Source: Octopus sinensis (taxonomy: Eukaryota). Taken from it: 64,000 nucleotides of DNA. Shown in pieces: positions 10,145 to 23,155 of the stretch. Position 1 is the first letter of the stretch. Every line of letters starts with the position of its first letter. The DNA lies in assembly GCF_006345805.1 (NCBI RefSeq), contig NC_043003.1:30752001-30816000 (forward strand), given 5' to 3'. The notes under the pieces were generated by a model, which saw only the letters and a list, made by a program, of their open reading frames with translations, was not told where the DNA came from and did no database searches. Both the position numbers and the translations under genes were made by a program.

Positions 10145-12728
10145 ATAGCTCTCTCACTAGTTAATTGCTATCAGAGTTATCTTCAGAAAGCCACACTTTC
10201 AGATTTTATTTTTTATTTCCTACGTTATTTCTTCGTACCCGCATGTTTACGTATTGTTTTTAGTTTTATATGTCAAACGTAAAATCCTATTAAAATGAAT
10301 AAATCGATATTTAAAACATTCTCACACGTGTATCCATATTATAACATAATTTTAATGAAATTATTTTAAAATGTTTTCGTTCTTCTTAATTAGACTTTGT
10401 TTAAAAAATCTGAATTATAACTAAGATTTGAAACTGTCATATCTGATTATATTTGGGGATCAACGTCGACTTTTTTTTATCGTCTTCGGTTTCTATTTCA
10501 TTTCTACCGCTCCCACCCCCACTCTTTCTGCCTCACTTTCCTTTTGTCTCTAGCTTCCTCTCTTCATCCCTTTCTTCACCACCCCTCCTCTCCATCCTTT
10601 TCTTCACCACCCCTCCTCTCCATCTTTAAGCAGCTTTTCTGTTGAATTGGTTGAAGGTTACAGTGGTACCGAGAGCTATTTCAAGGATCCGTTACCATAC
10701 AAGACAGTAAATAAGAATAGCAATACCTCATTGACAACTACTTATCGTCACTCTGACAGTTTGGCGTGAGGTGCGTCTTTTGGTTTTTGCAAATTCTTTC
10801 GATTAGAAATAGGGAGTTTGGAATATAATAGTTTTCTTTTGGAGTATCTATCTTATAAAGCTATCTATTAGTATCTCTCGCACATAAATCTATATTTCTG
10901 GCTGGTTATCTAACTATCGTTTCTTACTACTTTCTTCTTTCCTTTCATAAAACAGACTTGGAGTTAGAAGTACGCCTAAACAAAGATATAAAATAAACAA
11001 GAACAGAGAGAAAAAACAAACAAAACCAAAACAAGTGAAACTAAAATCAAAGTTATCAATATTGTCAATAAAGTAAAATTGAAAATAGGAGGAATCCGGT
11101 GTTAAGAGCAGCGAAACGGTAACATCATCATTATTAACACCACCACCAACAACAACGACAGCCAAAGGATTAAAAAAATATATCTATGAAACCGGTCGAT
11201 CGATAAAATCAACAGATTTCCTATCTTATTCACAAAAAGTCGTCAACTTATAAACTGAGAAACTCATAATTTCGACGGAATAACAAAAAGTAATGAATTA
11301 TTGGATAGTCAGCAACTAAAATTAAAGGTTAGACAAATTATTGATCTATTTGAATTTCATGTTATTATGTTACTTTCGGTTACATCTTCATTTATTCGCT
11401 TTTCCTTTTCTTCTTTCAGTTTATTTTGTTTTATTTAAAGGAAGTGGACGTTATTTTCCAAATATTGATTCGGGGGTGGGGGATTAGCTTTTAGAAATAA
11501 ATAAACACGGGAATTGGGCGAGTTTGTAGTGAAAGCGAATATCTCTCATTCAGCTTCGATTCTTGACCGAAAGTACCATAAAGATGCGAATGGAATTATG
11601 AGAGAAGCCGCTCATAAATAATTAAATAAATAAATTCTAGAACGAAAGCACCATAGAGATGTGAATGGAAATATAATAGAATCTGACCACAAATAATTAA
11701 ATAAAATCCTAAAACATAACCATATCTCGAAATAAATACTGATTACTTATATATAAACAGTTCTAATCCCGATAAAATTAATTTATTTTAGGAAACCCCC
11801 TCATCTCTTGGGAAACGGAAAGGCTCTTTTTCTCTTCCTTTTCTTTTTCGTTCCCCTTTTAATATTCCTGTGTTTCATACAATGAAAATCACAATCTTGA
11901 AAAAAGAATCTTTTTCTTTTCATTTTTTTTTTGTCAAAATTTCTTTTCCTTCTCTGCAAGGAATTGGTCGCCTCCGTACCAGTCACAAAATAACGATTAA
12001 TTCAATCAACTTATACTTCCACCCTAAACAACACTGGTGGCTTTGTGTCATTATAAGAAATCAATATTGATCAAAATAAAATATCTTTCAGTTTGTAAAT
12101 CTACCCCTCTCCCCGCCCATCTCAACAAATTTGTAGTTTTGTGTCAATGTAAAAGAAATCAATATTGATAAGATTGAAACGATCCTTAGTAGTCAATCCC
12201 ACCCTCATCTCTCCGCCCTGCGTTTACGTTGTTTTTTAGTCTGTCCTGTGCCACCCTGGTATTGATATAGTAAAACCAGTTGTTATTTATCGTGTCGGGT
12301 TAATCCGGTTCTAACAGACAAAGCATTCCAGCTGGGACTATTCCTTATATTCGGACATTGTACCTACGACTATATTATCTACTAAAGAAAGTAGGGATGT
12401 GATTTGATGGTGGTCTTTTGTTGCCTTCTAAAATTGAACACGCGCTCTCACACATACACACACATTCTTTTAATGATCAAGCTGAGTTTTAGTCGATCTT
12501 ATATAAACCCCGATACTTGTTTTGTAGGCTGCTACTTATTTTATAGATCTCTGTTAAACTGTTAATTTACAGGACATAAACAAACAGTAGTACCAGTTAA
12601 GTTGTAGGAACATAAATGGAGACACGTACACGCTCATATGCAAATACACACACATACAAGGTGGGCCAATAGTCACTATCTTAATTTTATAATAGGAATA
12701 AATAAGCTTTTGAAAGCGGACAACTTGT

Positions 12729-13135
12729 GGATCTTTTCGGTTTGAACGGCAGTTTTTAACATAATTTCTAGGTAACTAAAAAATTTAAAACTTCTGATAC
12801 TGGTAGAATGTGTTTATAAAACATCTTTTTCTCTTGGCTTATTGAGAAAATTCTATAATTTGTAAGATATTTGTTGTTTTTTTTCTTCAATTTCAACCAA
12901 TTAATGACGTCCATTCAGGTAAAAAAATATTCTGTGCCATATGAATATGTGCCTCGTTTAAGAAACAGATTGTGTTTATTTACATTTGTGAAGAAAAAAA
13001 GATACCCTTCCCCCACTCCTAACCCTAACCTTAAAACAGATTGAAATGCAATAGATCGATACTAGGGTCATAATTATGGGTGACAATTTCATATGACACT
13101 GCTAGAAAAAACTGCCGTTCAAACCGAAAAGATCC
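12729..13135. mobile_element. MITE with 29-bp GG-terminated TIRs and 8-bp TSD (Merlin/IS1016-like), copy 1
   Basis: TIR GGATCTTTTCGGTTTGAACGGCAGTTTTT at both ends. TSD CAACTTGT at 12721-12728 and 13136-13143. Confidence 0.9.
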
Positions 13136-13586
13136 CAACTTGTTATGAAACATCATAACTAAAATACAAAATACCAACATAGTTTTAACATCTACTTTTC
13201 CATGCTTGCATCGGGTCATACAAAATTCATTTAAAGGCAGATTTTCTATAGCTGGATGCTCTGTCTGTTACCACCCCCTCGACTGTTTCCAAGCAAAGTA
13301 ATATCTCCCCAGTCCTTCAGGTATGAACAACACGAATAACCGGACATTTTTTGACAGATTGTCAATGAACGACACTTGTACGATGATGCATTTGTTTACA
13401 ATCGGCATGCGATGTCCACACATGTATAGTGAGGATGGGTGGCCTAGTGGTTATGCTGTTGCATTCACGATCTCGAGATCGTGGTTTCAATTCTTGGCGT
13501 GGGCGATGCCTTGTGTTCTTGGGCAAAACACTTCAATTCACACTGTTCTGTGATCGTTTTCACATCTGATGTATGGCCACCGTGTA

Positions 13587-13985
13587 TACTCTTACTCTTT
13601 ACTCTTTTACTTGTTTCAGTCATTTGACTGCGGCCATGCTGGAGCACCACCTTTAATCGAGCAACTCGACCCCGGGACTTATTCTTTTGTAAGCCCAGTA
13701 CTTATTCTATCGGTCTCTTTTGCCGAACCGCTAAGTAACGGGGACATAAACACACCAGCATCGGTTATCAAGCAATGCTAGGGGGACAAACACAGACACA
13801 CAAACGCATATATATATACATATATACGACGGGCTTCTTTCAGTTTCCGTCTACCAAATCCAACGACAAAGCTTTGGTCGGCCCGAGGCTATAGTAGAAG
13901 ACACTTGCCCAAGGTGCCACGCAGTGGGACTGAACCCGGAACCATGTGGTTGGTAAACAAGCTACTTACCACACAGCCACTCCTG
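13587..13985 (-). mobile_element. CORE-type SINE, young full-length copy
   Basis: Reverse complement of the 3887 family, CpGs retained, with a (tactctt)n tail. Confidence 0.85.
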
Positions 13986-14147
13986 TATCAGTACAGGTAA
14001 TGTAGATTTGATGGAGGGAGTGAGCTAATGTACAACACAGTACAAACATTGATCACTGTAAACAAATCTGGACAGATTGTTCAGCAAGAAATCACAGAAT
14101 GCTCATCTCTCATTTATAACAGGAGAGTTCACCATATATACATATTT

Positions 14148-14461
14148 TATTTATTTATGCGCCCTTTTCAAGCCTAGCCAGGCTCATGGGCCCGGTTTCC
14201 TAGTTTCTGTGGCGTATGTATCCCCCCCAGCTGGACAGGACGCCAGTCCATCGCAGCGTTACTCCAGAAACAGGAAGAGAGAGTGAGAGAAAGTTGGGTC
14301 GAAAGAGTACAACAGGGGTCGCCACCACCACCCTGCTGGAGCCTCGTGGATCTTTAGGGGTTTTTCCTCAATAAACACACACAACGCCTGGTCTGGGAAT
14401 TGAAACTACGATCCTCCGACCGCAAGTCCGCTGCCCTAAACACTGGGCCATTGTGCCTCCA
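14148..14461 (-). mobile_element. tRNA-derived SINE with Meta/V-like domain
   Basis: Reverse complement of 60776-61058. Contains gctgcgatggactggcgtcctgtccag...gaaac.ggga. Confidence 0.75.
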
Positions 14462-14589
14462 CATATATCTATACATATATGTACATCATCGTTGTCGTTG
14501 AATGTCTGTTTTCCATACTGGCATGCACTGGATGGTTTGACAGGAGCTGGCTAGCTGAAGAGTTACCCTGGTTGGATGCCTGTTTTGGC

Positions 14590-15410
14590 ATGGGTTATTG
14601 AATTCTAGGCTGTAATTTCCGGCTTGGAATTTCTGGAATCACCGTTGACACTGGCTTACGCTTATTGTCTGACCCCCATCATCATCATCATCGTTTAACG
14701 TCCGCTTTCCATGCTAGCATGGGTTGGACGGTTCAACTGGGGTCTGGGGAGCCCGAAGGCTGCACCAGGCCATATATATATATATGTATGTCTGTATGTA
14801 CATTACTTGACAACTGATGTTGGTGTGTTTACGTCCCCATAACTTAGCAGTTTGGTGAAAGAGACTGATAGAATAAGTACTAGGCATACAAGGAGTAAGT
14901 CTTGGAGTTGATTTGTTTGACTAAAGGTTCTACGACCATACACGGTAGTATGCATATAGAAGGTCCTGTGCATATAGAAGGTCCTACGAATATAGCAGGT
15001 TAATCACACATGCACACACACACATGCATGCACACACAATTCCATGCACAGATGCACCTGAAAACACATATGCACAGAGACACACACACACATACAGGCA
15101 CAGCACACACAAATAACACACACCCATATACTGCATTAATATTCCTTGCACTTTCCGTTGCATTGTTGCCTTTGTTGAACTCATAAAGCAAAATATGTCG
15201 AATATGCTCCTTTGTCACTCCCATTATAGCTATGAAAAAATAACTGTCAAAAATCGAACTGTGCTCTTCAAAACTTGCACTAAGAATAAGTACAAAGTTT
15301 AAAATTACTTCCTGCTTTTATAGCAAGTTGATGCAAGTAGTTTATCCTGTCCCCCTTCAACTTTTAGTTTATGCGATTGAAAAAACTGCATTATTTATGG
15401 GATGACCTTT
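14590..15410 (-). mobile_element. Fragmented mariner 5' end (TIR plus transposase N-terminus) split by SINE and microsatellite insertions
   Basis: End ggtcatcccataaataatgc near 15405. Reads MGVTKEHIRHILLYEFNKGNNATESARNINAVYG (15224-15120) and continues as DQTISVSQCQR*FQKFQAGNYSLE at 14680-14600. Confidence 0.75.
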
Positions 15411-15904
15411 ATATATATATATGTGTGTGTGTATCAATTTAAATACACAGGTGAAAGAGCTATTAACAGTTTCATGCTTTTATGATACTTGAACAGGCAT
15501 ATTCATAAAATACACCATGTATATTATGTCTATACAAGTGTTGTAGATGCATGAGACTATTAATAGCTTTTTTCAGTTGTGTATTTAAATTGAAATTCAT
15601 CTCTCACTAGATGGAGTATTTTTATTTGTTGATTCTACCTCTATTGGATCTGTAAACTATATATATATACTTTATTATTATTAAAGCTGCAAAAATATCA
15701 CAAAAAACTGCTACTCAGAGTTTCATGTTCACGTCCATCGGACAGTTGTGATCAAGAATAAATTATAAGAAGATCCAAGGATCAAGGTGTAGGAAGTTAG
15801 TAGACTTCAAGAAATGCGTAGAAGATATATTACGTAAAAAAAAAAACTTTGAGGAACAATAGTGGTTTATTAGTGTAGAAAAATTAAATGGAAATCATAG
15901 TTGT

Positions 15905-16489
15905 GATCCCTGTGCCGGTGGCACGTAAAAAGCACCATCTGAACGTGGCCGATGCCAGCACCACCTTGACTGGCTTCTGTGCCGGTGGCACGTAAAAAGC
16001 ACCAACTGATCATGGCCGCTGCCAGCCTCGCCTGGCACCAGTGGCGGTGGCACATAAAAAGCACCCACTACACTCTCGGAGTGGTTGGTGTTAGGAAGGG
16101 CGTCCAGCTGTAGAAACATTGCCAGATCAGACTGGAGCCTGGTGCAGCCTCCTGGCTTCCCAGATCCCGGTCGAACCGTCCAACCCATGCTAGCGTGGAA
16201 AGCGGACACTAAATGATGATATGGCCGTGACTTTTCCATTGTGTCATACTTGAGATGAAGACCTACCGAGCCGAGTAAAATCACAGTCATGGCAGATACC
16301 TGTGTCATGCAAATGGCACCTGTGCCGGTGGCACGCAAAAACACCCATTACACTCTCACAATGGTTGGTATTAGGAAGGGCATCCAGCCGTAGAAACCAT
16401 GCCAACTCAGACTGGAGTCTAGTGCAACTTTCCAGCATGCCAGCTGTCCAACCCATGCCAGCATGGACAATGGATGCTAAAAGATAATG

Positions 16490-16490
<1 letters not shown>
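15905..16490 (+). mobile_element. Two adjacent RTE-LINE 3'-UTR fragments with (GAT)n-type tails
   Basis: gtgccggtggcacgtaaaaagcacc repeats, ggtgttaggaagggc.tccagctgtagaaac, and the ccaacccatgctagc.tggaaagcggac...gatgat end shared with the LINE at 19075-21445. Confidence 0.75.
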
Positions 16491-16548
<58 letters not shown>

Positions 16549-17084
16549 ATATATATGAATACTCATATGTGTAATTAAAATATATACATCTGTTTATATT
16601 GATGTATGTATATATATATATATGTGTGTGTGTGTGTATATGTATGTATATATATATACATATGTGTGAATGCATGCATGTGAATAGGTATGTGTGCCCA
16701 CATGTATGTATCTGGATATATATATATATATACAAGTGGATTGCATTTGTATATATACATGTATATGGGTTGGTGTGTGCATGCATGTGTTTGTGTGTGG
16801 GCATGTATGTGTGTCCGTGTGTATATATGTATGTGTATTAAAAATGTGTGTATGTGCACATATGGGGTTAGGTACAGGTGTCTGCTGATGCATGCATGTA
16901 TACCTGTGTGTCTCAGTAGGAGCACCTAGGTGTGTGTAGATGGGTCTGAGTGTATGAGAGACCATGTGGAGGCATATATCTGCATGGTTATCTATTTTTG
17001 CGGAGGTGGGTGCAGTGATTCATGTGTGCATGCGTGTGTGTGTGTGTGTGTGAACATGTGTATTTATATGTATGTACATGTTTA

Positions 17085-18381
17085 CGAGGGGCGTTCAATA
17101 AGTAATGCCCCTGACCCACTTCCCATTGCAGTAGAGCAACGAAACTTGGCACAGTTATTAGTCTTTTACTACATAGGAATCATCCAGAGTTATGCATTTC
17201 TCCCATCGTTTGATGCAGCTCTGGAGACCGTTTTTGTAGAAGACCCCAGCTTGGTCCTCCAACCATGACGTGACTTCAGAAATCAAGGCTGCATCATCTG
17301 GGAAACGCTTTCCTTTCAAAAACAACTTCATGGCTGGGAAGAGGTGAAAATCAGAGAGTGCAAGGTCAGGAGAGTAGGGGTGATTGGGGAGGAGTTCATA
17401 GCCGCACGCCTGTGCTTCTGATCTGGCTACACGCGAGTTGTGGACCGGAGTGTTGTCCTGCAGGAGGAGGATGCCTTTGCTGATCTTGCCCCGCCTCTTG
17501 ATTTTGATAGCTTCTCTTAATTTCCTCAAAAGTGAAGCATAATAGGCTCCTGTAATTGTGGTACTCTTTGCCAGGAAATCTGTCATCACTACTCTGTCCC
17601 GGTCCCAGAAGACTGTGAGCATGACCTTGCCAGCGGAGGGCTGCACCCCTGCCTTCTTTGGAGGAGGTGAGTCACGGTGCTTCCACTGCATTGACTAGGC
17701 TTTGGTCTCTGGATCATAGTGATGGACCCAGGTTTCATCCTGTGTAATCAGTCTTTTGAAAAATTTTGACTCATCTTCTGGGCACATCTCCAAATTCATC
17801 CTCGAGCACTCGACGCGTTCTTGCTTCTGGAAAGGTGTGAGCAACCTGGGAATCCATCTGGCAGACACCTTTTGCATATGCAAATGGTCGTGAATGATAG
17901 TTTCCACAGACCCGGTACTAATCTTGACCTCATGGGCTATTTGGCGAATAGTTATGCGTCGATCTTCCAAAATGGCAGCCTTAACTTGATGGACAGATGC
18001 TTCATCAATGGCAGAAGGTGGGGGGGTGATCAGATCTGGGAGCTGTTTCCACAGAGTTCCGACCATGTTTGAATTCACAATGCCAGCGTTTTACAAGGTC
18101 ATATGATGGGGCATCATAACCATAAGTTACTTTCATTTCATCAAAAGTTTCCCGTGGTGTGCGTCCTTTCAAATACAAAAACCGGATCACCACTCGACAC
18201 TTAACAGGCTCTATTTCACACTTGACTCAGTTCAAACACCTGTAAATCATAAACCACAATTAGTTCAGAGCTGTAATTTGCCACTTAGTCTATAGAGATA
18301 TAAATAATTGCACATGCAAAATTTCAGCTAGATCAAACAACTGCAAGTGGGTCAAGGGCATTACTTATTGAACGTCCCTTG
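17085..18381 (-). mobile_element. Full-length (1297 bp) mariner DD34D transposon, inactivated
   Basis: TIRs CGAGGGGCGTTCAATAAGTAATGCCCCTGACCCACTT and its near-match, TA TSD at 17083-84 and 18382-83. Transposase reads TQDETWVHHYDPETK...LLQDN-34aa-SD with HPYSPDLALSDF. Lesions: start ATG>ATA (18214-18212), a frameshift in the C-run near 18025 and a premature TAG at 17694-17692. Confidence 0.95.
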
Positions 18382-18685
18382 TATATCTGGGCAGCTGAAG
18401 GTGTATCTGAGAGGGCTACTAATTAGAATATAACATTATTTTATAATAAAAATTGTTAAGAAAATATATGTATTTGTAACAAATAGTATCATTTTTGTAA
18501 CTAAAAACATAAATATAATTAAGTATAAGTTTCTTTTCTTGTCCTGTATTTTTCCAGTTTCAATACATAAGAATATTCTAGCACTCTGTGCTTGCATTTT
18601 TCATTCTGTTATTGCTTGTTCTGTACTTTTTCAGTTTCCTTTCTTAAGAATATTCTAGGATTCAGTGCCAGCATTTTTCATTCTA

Positions 18686-18739
<54 letters not shown>

Positions 18740-19074
18740 ATGTCCTGTTATTATCATTATTATTGTTTTTTGTATTTATATTCGTATTATTTTTTGTTTT
18801 TTTGTATTTATATTCATGTAACATCGTCCGTTTTTCAGTCCTTGTTTCGTATACATTTGATCCTTTTTCCAAGAAATCTAATGCTCGTAGCTTAGTTTTT
18901 CCTTGGGGCTGGCCAGATTGGAACAATCTCAAGATTAATCAGCCGAAATTGTGAGGATGATCTGGTTCTTGACTGAAGATTAGAGGCTTCGAATGACCCG
19001 TCCTTGTTATTTGTATCGTCTATTTGAATGTTTTGCATTCTTGTCCCATTTTATATTTTATATATATATATATA

Positions 19075-21445
19075 TCATCATCATCATTATTTAACATCTG
19101 CTTTCCATACTGGCATGGGTTGGATGGTTTGATGGAAAACTGGTAAGCCAGGGGTCTGCACCAGGTTCTGATTTGGCAAGGTTTCTACAGCTGAATGCTC
19201 TTCCTAACACCAACCACTCCAAGAATGTAGTGGGTGCTTTTTATGTGCTGCCACTGGTATGGGTGCCATTGACCTGACGCTGGCATCAGCCACAACTATG
19301 ATCTCACTTGGCTTGACAGGTCTACACAAGCATGGTATATCACCAAAGGTCTTGGTCACCTGTCACTGCCTCCATGAGGCCCAATGCTTGAACAGTGCTT
19401 TTTACGTGTCACCAGCACAGGTGCCAATCAGACGGCAGTGGCATTGGCCATGACTACAATATCACTCGGTTTGACAGGTCTTCACAAGTATAGCAAGTAT
19501 AGCATATTGCCTAACGATTGAAGGGTGCTTTTAATGGGTCACTTATGCGACACTGGCATCAGCCATGACTGTGGTCTCACTTGGTTTGACGGGTCTTCTC
19601 AAGCACAGCATATCGCCAAAGGTCTTGGTTGCTTGTCATTGCTTCTGTGAGGCCCAACATTTGAAGATTGTGCTTAATCAGCTCGTCTCATGTCTTCCTG
19701 GGTTTATCTCTTTCACAGGCTCCTTCCACACTAATTCACACAGCTGTCCTCATCCATATGCATCACATGACCATACCAGCACAGTCATCTCTCTTGCACA
19801 CCACATCTGATGCTTCTTATGTCCAACTTTCTCTCAGGACACTTACACTCTGTCATGCATGCACACTGACATTACGCATACTAGCTTCAATTCTTAGAAG
19901 CCTATGCATGTCCTCAGCAGTCACAGAATGGTTGTTTGCACACAGGCATCGTACAGTCTGCTTTTCACTCTGAGCAAGTGGCCTTTTGTTACCAGCTGAG
20001 GTAGGAACTCTCTGAACTTTGCCCAACCTATTCTTATTCTAGCAGCTATGCTCTCAGAGTATCCACCCCCGCTACTGGCTTGGTCACCTAGGTAACAAGC
20101 TATTGACTACTTCTAGTTTTCCCACTTGGCATGTAATGGAATCTATTTTCTGTACATTTTTGGTGTTAATTGTACTTGTGCACCTTCCACACATAAAATC
20201 TATCTTCCCTGTTAACCTTCCTCTGAGATTGCTGCACCTCTTATGTGTCCATAGCTTACACCAGGTACATCTTATGGAGTTTCTATCTATACCTTTTCTA
20301 TAGATTGAGCAGGGCCATCTACCTGAAAAGATTTGTGATTTGTCCGTCTTCCTAATTACTAAGAATTTGGATTTTGCTAGGTTAACTCTAAGGCCCTTCA
20401 ATCCTAGACCTTACTTCCACACCTGAAACCTCTCTAGTTCTGGTAATGACTCAACTATTAGAGCAACGTCATCAGCAGAGAGGAACTCCTAGGGACAACC
20501 TGGCTTGAATTCTTTTGTTATTGCTTGGAGGACTATGATGAACAAGAGGAGGCTGAGAACTGATCCTTGGTGGACCCCTTGACAACTCTCACCTTACTGA
20601 CAGCATCCCTGTACATGGCTTATACAGCTCTCACCAACCACTCACCTATCTTTAGTTTCTGCATTGATCACCAGATAAGGGATTGAGGAACCCTGTGAAT
20701 GGCTTTCTCTATGTCAACAAAAGCCAAGTACAGAGGTTTATCTTTTGTTAGGTATTTATCCTGCAGCTGTCTTACCAGAAATATAGCATCAGTGGTGCTT
20801 CTCCCTGGCACGAACCCAAACTGCATCTCATCTAAACTAACTCTCTCCCTAATTACTTGGGCTATGACCCTCTTCATGGCTTTCATGATCCAACAATTTG
20901 ATACCTCTGTAATTATTCCTATCTAATGCATCACATTTACCTAGGTAGCAGTTGACTATGGTGCTGCTACACCAGTCTTTGGGTATGACTCCTTCGTGTA
21001 TTATCTGGTTAATTATATGGGTGACTGGACCATAGCCAACACCGTCAGATATTTTAAGCATCTCAGCAGTGATTCCTGATGGGCCAGGGGCTTTCTGTGT
21101 TTTCATATCCTTAATTGCTTTATCTACCAAAGTTCTGTCAATTCAGATAGCTCGTCCCTCAGTGGGGTCAACATTTGGCAGACTCTCTTTCTCCCATTCA
21201 TTTAGCAACCTTTCATAGTGGCATCTCCAAGTCTCTTTCTTTGCAGCTTCATTAAATGCAAGTGAGCCATCATCCATGCGGACACATTTCTCTCCTATGA
21301 CTTCACAATTTTCTCTCACACACTGTCTTGCAATTTGAAACACTTCAAATCCCTGGTCCTCATGACACAGAACATTGGCAAATTTTTTCTGCCTCCCTCT
21401 GGCTAAGTAAACCTGTCTCCTAGCTTCCCTTCTGACCATCTAATG
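19075..21445 (-). mobile_element. 5'-truncated RTE-clade LINE (RT, PHD-like finger, C-terminus, 3' UTR, (GAT)n tail)
   Basis: Frames read KAPGPSGITAEMLK, NYRGIKLLD, QFGFVPGRSTTDAIFLVRQLQ, LYLAFVDIEKA, GLRVNLAKSK and a Cys/His finger near 20190-20330. The UTR and (GAT)n tail end at ~19075. Multiple frameshifts. Confidence 0.9.
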
Positions 21446-22156
21446 CATTTCCATGCTACCACTACACTTCCAGTCTTTCCAAGCCTATTTCTTTTTCCTA
21501 ATGGCCCTGCCAACTGCATGCATATTTATATATTACATGTTATAATCATTAGATTGCAGCCATACTGGAGCACTACCTGGAAGGTGGTTCAAGGAATTGA
21601 CCCCCAATACTTATTTTTAAGCTTGGTAATTATTCTATTGATTTCTTTTGCTGTTATTGGGGATGTAAACAAACCAACACCAGTTGTCAAGCGGTGGGCT
21701 GACCAATGCCTTATGAGTAAATTTGGTAGATAGAAACTGTGTGGAAATCTATTGTGTTTGTCTCCTACTACTATTTGATGACTGGTGTTGGTTTGTTTGT
21801 GTCCCTGTAACTTATCAGTTTAGCAAAAAGAGATTGATTAAGTACCAGACTTAAAAATATGTAGTGGGGCAATTTGTTTTACTAAACTTTTCACGGCAAT
21901 GCTCCAGCATGGCTATGGTTCAGTGTCTGAAACAGTTAAAAGATATAATAAAGATATAAAACTAGATTGATAAAATGATTATTAATTAGAGCAAGGAAGT
22001 CTGTTAGGTGGAAAATAATTTATGTGAGAAAGGAAAAATTTGGAGAGAATGGATTTAGTAAGATCCAAAACACAATGCTATGGAATTTCTAAGCATGGGA
22101 TTCAACAGCATAGAATATCCATTAGTTAAAACATTTTAGCAGGTTGTAGCTTTTAA

Positions 22157-22543
22157 CCTTTTTATTACTATATTTCTGTTGAAAAGTGCTGCCTTCATTT
22201 TAATTAATATTGCAAATAATGAAGAATTTATTAACCCTATAACTGCAAAATTAAATTTCATGATTATCTCAGTAATAATGTTAAACATCCAATAAAGTTG
22301 ACATGTCTCAACAGAAAATAGTTGCAGCTATAACCTTCCCCCATGAAAGATAGATTGGTATTGAAAACTGCTTTCCACAGAAATTTTGAGTGGATATATC
22401 TGCTTTTTACTGTTAAAATAATTTTGTCATTATTAATCTGCTGTTTCAAATATAAATTAATATGGAATTTTGATGAAAGATTTAAATTTAGATTACATTA
22501 AAACAGGAAGTTTGTATCAAAGGATGAGATGGTATCAAAAGGA
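22157..22543. mobile_element. TTAA-flanked piggyBac-like MITE with a second TTAA-bounded MITE nested at 22235-22412
   Basis: Outer TTAA at 22153-56 and 22544-47 with CCTTTT../..AAAAGGA ends. The inner segment ttaaccctataactgcaaaattaaat matches the reverse complement of the 43184-43426 MITE and ends at TTAA 22413-16. Confidence 0.6.
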
Positions 22544-22669
22544 TTAAAGGAGACTGTTTTGGGAACAGTTACCTGCTTACTTAAGTAATGATATAAGATT
22601 TATGTACTCTTCATCCTTGCTGTAAAAAGATAATGAATAAATACACCCTAGCTTCAATACACTTGAGCA

Positions 22670-23155
22670 CCATTTGAGCATGATCGTTGACAGAGCGGCT
22701 AACTGGCTTCCGTACCAGTGGCACATAAAAGGTACCATTTGAGTGTGATCGTTACCAGCTTCGCCTTACTGGCACTTGTGCCCCGTGCTAGTAGGGTGCT
22801 AAGAGCACCATCTGAGTGTGATCAATGCCAGAGCGGCTAACTGGCTTCCGTGCCGGTGGCATGTAGGAGGCACCATTTGAGCGGGATCATTACCAGCATC
22901 GCCTTACTGGCACCTGTGCCATTGGCATGTGTAAAAAACAAAAATTTGTGCGAGGTCGTTGCCAGTACCGCCTGACTAGCCCCTGTGCCGGTGGCACGTA
23001 AAAGCACCACTACACTCTCGGAGTGGTTGGCGTTAGGAAGGGCATCCAGCTGTAGAAACTCTGCCAGATCAGATTGGAGTCTGGTTCGCCAGCCCTCAGT
23101 CAAAATCGTCCAACCCATGCTAGCATGGAAAGCGGACGTTAAACGATGATGATGA
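22670..23155 (+). mobile_element. RTE 3'-UTR fragment with an internal ~60-bp tandem array
   Basis: About five units of tttgagcgtgatcgtt.ccag...ctggc.....gtgcc.gtggcac.ta, followed by the standard tail ending aaacgatgatgatga. Confidence 0.75.

Noticed and set aside
13010-13035. CCCTAA repeats as telomere or interstitial telomere relic
   Set aside because: They are an internal part of the MITE, present at the same position in each copy.
16244-17268. Stack of long overlapping ORFs rich in Y/I/H/T/C/V
   Set aside because: They are translations of (TA)/(CA)/(TG) microsatellite mosaics. The same applies to 32616-33022, 46894-47541 and 49748-50193.
22670-23030. Regularly spaced ~60-bp repeats superficially like a CRISPR array
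   Set aside because: There are no unique spacers, the context is eukaryotic, and the units are part of the RTE 3' UTR.
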